A DNA stretch of 61,622 nt, the filler included, from Platydemus manokwari (Eukaryota): assembly GCA_037951405.1 (NCBI GenBank). It is 5 parts of 5 records of this genome, joined end to end, with 100 filler letters (N's around TTAATTAATTAA, not from the genome) between each part and the next. Parts side by side here need not be neighbours in the genome. Positions count along the whole stretch, not along the records: positions 51,185 to 61,622 come from JBBMOY011133549.1; 4 more parts are not named here. One strand, written 5' to 3'. A program made the position numbers and the translations under genes. Position 1 is the first letter of the stretch. Every line of letters begins with the position of its first letter. Shown here in pieces: positions 51,959-61,622 of this stretch. The notes under the pieces were generated by a model. The model searched no databases and had not been told where the DNA came from. It saw only the letters and a list, made by a program, of their open reading frames with translations.

Positions 51959-54900
51959 ATCTAAACTCTGTTAATTTAAGTTGAATATTATTTGACTTAG
52001 TATAACCATGGCGATATTGTTGCTGAATAAAACCAAATTATAATTTCTATATAAGTTAAAATTACATAATAATCAACAAAAATAAAAAATATTTTTTGAA
52101 TCAAAAATATAAAATGAGATTGATCAGAAAATTGGTCAAAATCAGAATTGTTTCAAAAGGATTTACTTTGTTGATTATTTTATTGATTGATGATTGATTG
52201 GAGTTATCGATTGGATTGACGGCTTTGATTAACTATAGCCAAGCTAGTTTTCTTTTTGGTTTATTTATAAGGATTCATGATTATTTATAATAAGTGTCTA
52301 TTTCAACAATCAAATTGAAAGATTCAAATCCTTCAACTCAACAGTTTTCAAAATAAGTGAACTCACTGAATTGTGCAATATCAGCTGTTGAAGAACAAAT
52401 TCCATAAATTTGCAATTTAGAAATTTACTCTTATGTAGCTCATACAAATAAGAAAGAAATTATAACTCATACACAACAACGTTAACAACGTCATGAATGA
52501 AAAACGATAGACGAATACATTAGTCTATACAACATTAGCATTTTTGAAGTTCATTATGAAATTGTTAGAAAGTAAATTATTATAATCGTGACAAAATCAA
52601 ACAATATTTTCATCTATAGTATTACTGCTTTTTCAAGAACACATCACCATGGCCACACAAAACCAAAACACATTTTGCAATGGCGACACATTTATTGTGT
52701 GGGTAACAGAGAAGTAAAATAGAGAATTAATAAATTGTAAGAACCAATTACAGTCAAAAACAAAAAGTATTGAAAAACGAAAGAAAAATATATAAACCAC
52801 CTTTTGCAACGGCATGGCACGTTTTTAATTTTCATACAGGATCAATGAAAGCTAATAATATTTTTTAATCAAATAATTGTTATCTCAATAATACCCGAAA
52901 GAGGGTTGTTAATTAACTATTAAACTTGTCTAAGTTCTTAAGCATCATTTGACTTCTTTCTAAAATAACGTTTAACGTCTTCAAGGTATCATGCTGATAC
53001 ACAAAAATGTTATCTTATTGTATCTTAATTTATCATATTATATAGTGATTATAAATAAAACTTCATCTTTCATTTATTATCTTTAATTTAAATACACGCG
53101 CAACATACCCCTCAGTACTGATTAGAATCGGATATAATTGCAATTTAATAATATCTCACTATACCAAATCTCATAAAAACAATCAACAGCCCAATAATTG
53201 GTAAGGGAAATTTAAATTAAAATCTTAACAGTACTTCATACCAGAGTTAATTATAAATCTAGAAAATATTTTAGAATTATTTGAAATATTTTTGGGTATA
53301 TTCAGCCCACAGCCTGCCACACTAATAATATAAATAAAAAAATGAATAAGTCAACCCAAAAATTAATATTAAATCCGCGTCGTCATGACAATTTTAAAAA
53401 TTAACTCATATCACCATGGTGATTTATATATTGCTAGGCAAAAGCATTCTTAACTCTGAATCACCATGGAAAATAAATAAATAACAAAGTGAGAAAATAA
53501 TTCGCCGAAAAATTAATCATCATTCCCAAAAAAAATCTGGGTATATAAACCTAGCCCGAATTTGGGAATTGCACATTAATTCAGCGCATTTACTTCTGTG
53601 AGAAAACGTTAGCACATTATTCGACGCTCATTCTTCAGCATATTAATTGCACATTAGATTTTGGGAAATATCAGGGCATTCATTTCGGTATAATAATCTC
53701 GCATTATCTACTCTCATAAGCGACAACGTTCTTGTCGGATCAGCCAGTGCAACATTTTTATCAATTCTCATCACTCAGCTTAGCGATTTCTCACCACGAG
53801 ACCGCATCATCTTTTATATTTCAATCAGTTAATTTTGCAAATCAATTCAATGACAAATTTTATTGCTTCAACTTCTCTCATCCCCTTGCAAAGCTCGATG
53901 AGATTTGCAGGGATAAAATACTAATTGCAAAGCCGAAAGGGTCGGTTGTTTCTCATCTTTAGGGTACAACACTAAATCTCTGTTAATATTCTAGCATTAT
54001 ACATTCGATAATTTTATATTATAATAAAAGTATTCATATCATTTTTTGATTATTTTATTTTATTATTTTATCATTACTATGCTATCCGAATTATACACGC
54101 AACCTACCATTCTGATTTGGATCAGATCATTGGTGGAATCTCCATTGTTTTGATTTAATCATATTTATATAACTTATAGATCGTTCAACGAGTTATTACT
54201 GATTGAATTATCTTTAAATTGTCACATCAAATACTACTGAGCACAGCCTATTAGGGTTCTATCAATATTAAGGGCTGATAAACATACTCAAGTAAGTTAT
54301 TTGTATTGAAAAATGCATTTGATATTCTAGAAGGTCAGCAATTGGCTTGGCAACTAGATATTATAACAAATATTGGGATTTGAAAATCTTAAAATAGATT
54401 ACACTGAAAACAATCCGAAATTTATCAAAAATATTGGTGATAAAAATTCAATCAATAATAGTAAATTTAGATGATAATAATTATTCAACGAATAAAATGA
54501 AATTTAATGTTAACACCAGCCTTCAACTTAAAGAGTATTTCGACATATCAAATTATGTAAATAATTCTGGAATTAACCTATTATTTAGTGTTTCAATTCC
54601 TATATTTGTAATCAGTATTCAGTCTCTAAGTTAATGTTAAAGATGGTAAATTATCTATGTAAATTGAAAAGTACGGTGTATTGAAATCCCAATCTTGTTA
54701 TTTTGTTATAGAAGAAAATATTATTGAAATTCAAAGTGGGAAGATGCATTCAATTTTGGAAAATTAAAAAATGAAGATAAACTATAGGGGTTAATAATTT
54801 TAATAATGATAATAAATTCAACATTTTCAACAATAACTACAATAATTTTATTTATTCAAAATATAAATTTTGATTATTTTAAAAATAAAAGACGCTTAAA

Positions 54901-55154
54901 TTATTATTAAAGAAGACGAACACAATACTAACCTGAATATTAATTAATTAATAATATATAAAATAATTAATGACAAATTACATAAATATCTTTAAATTAG
55001 AGGAGTTTAAAGTAATGTTTTAAGATTTAAAAATTTTCATTAATAAAGTTGTTTAAATAATAATTATAAATAAATTTTTTAAATTATTCGATTTATTTTT
55101 ACTTAATAAATTTCTTAAATTATAATATATAAAATTGTAATATAAAATCTAAAT

Positions 55155-56230
55155 ATGAATTTACCACCAAAATTATTAGCTCGTCTTAAGAAGAGAGGTA
55201 TCAATGTTGAAAATAAGAAAGAGGAGAAAGGTGTACAATCACTTAAAAGTATTTACTAAATTTAATTTTGTTTCCAGAGGAAATTTTTGCTGAAAGCTAT
55301 GATGATGACAACAAAGTGGTCCCAAATAATAATGATTCAAATAAAGACTCAACTAATTCTGATGCCAGATATATAGTTTATGAAGTTGCAAATTGTCCTA
55401 ATCTTTCTAACCCTTACCATAAGTGTGTCGAATATTGTTTGGAAAGATATGAAAAAAAATTATTTTTACCTGACTCTATAATGCTAAAAAAACGGAATAA
55501 AATGTTACGAAAATATCCTTTGCCACCGAATTGGATTGAAGTGGCTGATCCATGTACCAACAGATTTTATTATTGGAATACGAAAAAAGATGAAGTTTCT
55601 TGGTTGTCGCCATCTCATCCCAGATCAGTTATTAGATTACCTAAAGATAAAATCAAACCAAGTAAAAGTTCTGAACGCAGTAAAGACCGACGTGAAAGAG
55701 ACTATACTAGAGAACGAAGACGACGAAGACATTCCTCATCAGAATCTCGTTCAAGTTCTTCTAATCGTAGTAGAAGTAGTGATAGTGGTGATGAAAGACG
55801 GTCCAGTAGACACAGATCACGCAAAGAAAAGTCAGAAAGACGAAAGGAAGAGAAGAAAAGTAATATTTTCATGCCCATTTTTTAGTTTTCTATTATGATG
55901 TTTTCTAATTTTAAAAATCTTTTTACTCGAGCAGAAAAATGAGATGTTTCGATAAACTTTTATTTGAAATTTTTTATGAATGTCTTACTTTGGTTTCTTA
56001 TATCAGAACAAGAAGATCCTTCTCTCGATCCGATGGATCCTTCTGCCTATTCAGATGTACCAAGAGGAACTTGGAAAACTGGTCTCGACATTCGTGGTAG
56101 TGCAAAAACCGGTGTCGATTCAACGGCTTCTGGCCCATTATTTCAGCAACGACCTTACCCGAGTCCCGGTGATATTTTAAGACAAAATGCTCTCCTCGAC
56201 TCCAAAAGAAATGACGATGAAACGAAATAG
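55155..56230 (+). CDS. PQBP1: Polyglutamine-binding protein 1 (WW-domain splicing factor)
   Basis: Exons 55155-55230, 55278-55859, 56007-56230. [16 protein letters not shown]...[10 protein letters not shown]; WW domain [31 protein letters not shown]; RS/RD-rich linker; C-terminus [21 protein letters not shown]...[29 protein letters not shown] closely matches human PQBP1. Confidence 0.97.
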
Positions 56231-58799
56231 TTTCGGTTTTTTGTATGATTTTTGTTAAAGAAATTGTTTTATGAGTGTCATTTTGTTATTTATTTGTGCG
56301 TTGGTGTTCTGAAGGGGTCATATGTACACCATTGGGGCGAATATGTTGTAGGATGTAGCGATTTAATTATGCGAGAAATGGCTTTTTGGGTGTTTTTGTT
56401 GGACATTTTTTACAAATTAAAGTATTTGAATCACGTGACAAAATAAATACTAAAATTACCATTTAAAATCAGACAAGTTTGCTATAGAATCAATATTTCA
56501 ACCAAGAATCCACTAATCAAATTTGATTGGTTAGAAAAATTGTCCAATTATCGAGAAATTATTGATTTCGATATACATTTATTTGTGTACTTTATTGGCC
56601 AATATATTTTCGTAACATTATATGAAATCATCTGTCTATTTATCAAGAATTTATCTGGCAAAATTCATTGGTTAGTTTGTTTTACATTCTTTATAAAATA
56701 ATTCTCATCGCTGCAACACTAATATACAACTAAAAAATAACAAACGTATTGTTTCGTGTGAAAATATAACAAAAATTATTATTAAATTAATTTCTCCATA
56801 ATAATTGAAGTAATATATTTGTGATAGAAATAAAAACTTAATAACGACTATTAATTCTAAAAATTAAGTTTATTTATAAAGTTATTAAATATAATATATT
56901 TATAATAGTGACATAATATTTTGAATCCAGAAGAATCTGGTAATAAAATAGCATCCCATGTAATTATCAACTGCACACTAATATACCTATGCAACCAAGC
57001 TAGTAATCATGTTGACCAATCAGAATAGGAATATCAATTCAGTAAACAATATGCCAACACGATGACACAAGCACGGGGATTGACCAGTCCTATTTCGATA
57101 AAATTAATAAAAATTCCGGAAATCTAAATATGGATGTCATACACGGTCCTCTGGTTAGAAATGCAACAAAAATAAAAACATTTTGTCTGGGTGAAGTAAG
57201 CGAAGGTTATTGCGGGAAATTGATTACCTAATTTGATAGCATAACATTATTCTATATAGATCATTTAAATCATTCAATTTCAACACTTATAATTTTTACA
57301 TAGCAATTGTGAGAAATATAACGTCAATCATTTCATAATCAAATAGTAATCGCAGAGATAATAGTCTTATTAGATATGCTAAAACTGATTTAATATGATG
57401 ATACTGTTGAATACTGAACCCAATAAATAATAATGTATAAAATAATAAATCAAGAGGTGCGATTAGTAAAAAATTACCACAGTAATAACAATATTGGTAT
57501 TATTTCAACTCTCTCAAAGATCCGTAAAGGAGCAAATACAATGTAATGTGAAGAATCGTTTTGTGGGTTGTTTTCTAATTCCAGTCTTTGTCAACCCAAA
57601 TCAAATAACATTGTGGGAATTGAATGTTGAGACAAATTCATGGACAAATAAGATTAATGACATTTATTTATTTGGGTATTTCCATATTAATGATGGAATA
57701 ACGTAATATTCTATTTAGTATGTAGTAATGTTATCAACTCTGAGAAGAACGTTGATACATTTAAATGACACAAATCTATTTTATTATTCTATCAAAAATT
57801 TATCAATAAATTATCAGCGGTAAGAATAATATCAATACATTAATAAACAGGTTAATACCTTACGGCGAGAAAAAATAACAGTTGATAAAATAAATATATT
57901 TCAGCACCCGAAAGTCAAAAACAAAATGAAGAATAATCAAAAAGACTGATTACTGAAATCGCACATAAGCTAAGCACTAAAGTTACGGACCAAAAAAGAC
58001 TGGCAGGAATTCATGGAACTCAATCTCTTTAATAGGCCCACCGGGTGTGTCAGTTTTTGATGTCACGGATCTTCGATTTCAATTCGTTGAATTTGTTTGT
58101 GGATCGATTTACTTGAGATTTTCCTTATATCTCTCATGCCATTGGCGGATATTTGAGCTTGCTGTCGTTCGTAGGTATGTGCATGTCGGTTCTTAGCTTC
58201 TAAATATGGATTAACATTAGAATGTACTTTATTGGTTTGCGGCACATATGTTTATCGGGTTTGTGTGTATTGACCCTTTTTACGGATTTTCCTTGGCTCT
58301 TGTAACCCTTTGATTGACTTGTGATACACCTAGGATATATATCAAGATTTAGTGTTACATACTTTTTCATAATAATAGGAAATATGTTTTTTTTTAAAAT
58401 CGATGCTTCTGATTTAGTTAAAAAGTTATTATTTTTTAACTTATTTCAATTAAAATTTATTAAAAACTTATTAAAAAGGCCAGAGATAACACTCACATCA
58501 TACGAAGATTGTTATACATATTTAAAAGAGGTTAAAATGATTCTTTATGTTTATACCTTTTGGATAGTTTTCTATGTTTTGAACGCTTATCTTTCATTTT
58601 TTTAGATTAATCTATATGGCTTAAAGGAAAGCAATGTCCACTTGGATTTAGCTATTGATTTTTGTTTTACAAAAATAATAACACACTATTTAATGTCTAA
58701 TAATAAAAAATCTAGTGAATTTTCCATAGAAAAAATCTAACATCTACCAAGCAAATATTGATAATTTTCAATGTTTATTCATGATTTCATGATTTACGC

Positions 58800-58960
58800 A
58801 TGATTTCATCTTTAATAGATTGTGGTACAACGTTTTGTATATCAAACCAAAACTTAAAAAATTTTATAGATAATTTAATAGATGAAGAAAGTGTTTTATT
58901 AAATTATAAAAACAAATCTATTGATTTCAAAACAATCGAAAAGCAAGTTTAATGTTGATT
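58800..58960 (+). mobile_element. Possible retropepsin relic
   Basis: SLIDCGTTFCIS resembles the LID(S/T)GA protease motif; the surrounding frame is broken. Confidence 0.3.
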
Positions 58961-59549
58961 GTGATGGTATAAAGTCTCCTATAAAATGAGAACTGGGTAT
59001 TTTAAATATATGTAAATTTCTATGTCACTGATGTCGATAATTTAAAATTTAATTTAATGATAAACTACGATATTATTAAGTGTGACTATCTATGATATAA
59101 ATAATTTTGAAATCTGAATTCGAGTGCCTTTAATTAAATAGATAATTAAAAATTTGTTTTAATTAATTCATTTTAAGAAAACCTTCCAGAATTTTTTGAC
59201 CATTTGAATCAATTAATCTATCAGTTATAGTGTTTGGGATTTGTCCGAACAAGTTACTTACATTATTTAATACACATTGAAAAATATGTGTATACATTTG
59301 CATGACAGTAAGTATAAAATGTGTATTAATTTTTATTATATTAATTTTTATTTAAAAAATGTGTATTTTTTATATTTTGACAATCTTTGGAATTTTTGAG
59401 CAAAGACCAGTTTGAAATATTAATATTTATAATAATAATTATTTATATATACGTAAAATAATAATACCAATAAAATCACCAATAGCAAACCCTTCGAATT
59501 TTCCTAAAATAATTAATTAATTTATTAAATATTAACACGCAATAAGATA

Positions 59550-60345
59550 TCGGGCATTAACAGCGACAAATAAATTGCCATCTATTTTCGCGCATGTGAA
59601 TTCGATCACAGAATAAAATAATCACTCGATTAAATTAAATCGAGAGATATTTTCTCTGTCTAATAAATATATTCGAAGAGAATTTCTCTCACCAGTGAAT
59701 AAATTCTAGCGATAAACTAATAAATTCACTGGCATTAGATTTCATCGCAGAAAATATCGTCCAGTGATTCACCACTACCTTTATAAGGCAGTAATCACAA
59801 TCAATACTGCTATTATTTTCACTACCATTATTTCACTACGACTGCCACAGTTACATAAATCAATTATCACATAAAGGAGATGTCAATGTTCCACAATTCT
59901 ATCAGTGCACAGAAGAAGATCATTCAGTGCAGAAGGACGGGGTTTTGTATATGCCCAGTATCTTACTGGAAGACCCAAAGTAAGACCCATTCCTGTAAAA
60001 TACTGATTCATATTATATATCGTATCGTATATTTCCTATTGTAGTGTTTTTGCTCAAAGATCTTGAAGGTAACTAGTTCTGCTCCTTGAGTTGGAGTAAA
60101 TTAACCGTTTGCTTCATCCTGAAGTTGTAAGGCTCGTTATAAGTACAATTTGGTGTATAGTGTAGCTTTTATTGGTATTAATATAGATAATAGTTTTAAA
60201 TAGGATTATAGTTAATTAAAATATATCACTACTGCCACATCTATTGTCTTCACACAATAAGGCTGTGCGAGGTGAAGGAACGTCGACATAAAGTAGATTA
60301 CACTTGTGGCCTTAATCAAGAGCTCATATAGACTGATTAAGAAAG
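59550..60345 (-). repeat. Unclassified ~0.9-kb interspersed repeat family, copy inverted relative to 7095-7975
   Basis: Reverse complement aligns colinearly with 7095-7975. Confidence 0.75.
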
Positions 60346-61622
60346 TTGTGATATCAAATAGAATTAAGCCTAGTTAAACAATAAAATCAATAAGGTCCAA
60401 TAACAATATTAAGTGGTTGTTGTTATTATTATTTACTAGTCCTAGAGGGCTTCAGTAACTTACTGGAAAAATTACTGAAATCTCTAAAGGCTAAAGGTTG
60501 TATACCTTATTGATTGTTGCAACAAGGATTATTTGTCCCGCTGCAGCAAATATGGCTGGTACTGAACGTACACAATGATATATTAATAAATTATTATTAT
60601 GCGAGATGCGTAGAAATATAATTAAAATGAGGTATAATGATTAATAAATCGATTAGTGGTAGTAAGATTTATAGCTTTGTAAATTTGGATTTATTCTTGT
60701 GGAAATATTGCATTCTGACTTTATTTATTTTAAATTGACTGCTAAAAATCAAAACTTGTTATAAATATATTTATTCAATAAACTTTCTTCAATATAAATG
60801 ACTCCTAAACATATTTCGTGATCATGTTACAATTTTCTATTTATCGGCTAACCTAACCGCAACATTTTATTCAGAAACCTACCGATGTACGGTGTATTAT
60901 ATATGCAGAAAGTTGGAATATAATATAATGTAACCAAATCCATATTTTGCATTGGCTCATAACATATTAATTGCTTATTCAATTTGTGAAGAAGAATTAA
61001 ATTTTGATTTCTGCAGTCAACGAATTTTATTCAACCGTTCATTTATTGTTATTTCCAGAACAATTCAACAGATAGCAGAGCCGTAAGAGCCAAAATCATA
61101 ATTACAGATGTAAACCGCACTATTTTTAAAACCATGCATTACCAACGAAAAGACACGGCATCAAATTATATTTAAATACAATTATTTGGATTAATTAATT
61201 TTATTTTATACGAAAAAGTTTTATACAGAATTAAATTTTTAAAATTTTTAATTCAATTTCAAATTCTCACAACAGACACATTAATTTTTACAAGATATCC
61301 ATATTGATAATCATTTTACTTGTTATCTGATTTCTCAAGGTTATTTGTATAGCTTTACATTGAAAAATGAAAAATCGAGTCTCTCAGCTTTCTTATTGTT
61401 ATTGAATGAATGTTCCACAATTATAGGGACATACTCTGTTATTTTTGTAAATTCTTTATAAAAGTAGTTTGTACAGTAATAATATCAAATTCCATTTGAA
61501 AGTATTTGAATATAGTCCTCAAATCTTGATAATAAAATCCATTCATTTATCATATTTTGATTATTTAAATCTCATCTTTTGTATATGCAGAGACTGTAGC
61601 CACTGCTTTCTAGAGTCAGGTG

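Noticed and set aside
54200-54800. Coding-like fragments upstream of PQBP1 (and at 56930-58320 downstream)
   Set aside because: Short, stop-ridden and without recognisable motifs; cannot be assigned from sequence alone.
1553-56230. Apparent clustering of two splicing factors (LUC7, PQBP1) with signalling genes
   Set aside because: They are on different concatenated contigs, so adjacency is not evidence.

Overview
AT-rich eukaryotic genomic DNA with many 45-65 nt GT-AG introns. It is most consistent with a triclad flatworm (planarian), which is an inference from composition, intron sizes and gene divergence. The window is not contiguous: four 100-nt linkers (44 N + TTAATTAATTAA + 44 N) join five contigs, so gene order across them is not evidence of synteny. 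Six spliced genes can be reconstructed by hand: a complete LUC7L/LUC7L2-type U1 snRNP factor (+), a 3'-truncated OSM-9/Inactive-type TRPV channel (+), a partial EGFR-family receptor kinase (-), a 5'-truncated divergent B-type cyclin (+), a synaptobrevin/VAMP (-) and PQBP1 (+). Between them lie transposon relics: Ty3/gypsy elements (one bounded by 97-bp AGT...ACT LTRs), mariner fragments, a hAT MITE, a probable LINE relic and an unclassified ~0.9-kb repeat family. The two most interesting observations are (i) candidate stop-containing poison exons in the LUC7 gene ending in identical TCT|GTGAGTATT donors, suggesting a splicing-factor autoregulation circuit, and (ii) a stop-free minus-strand frame of at least 214 codons at the left edge that fuses a gypsy protease, a gypsy integrase tail and a non-LTR reverse transcriptase in frame.
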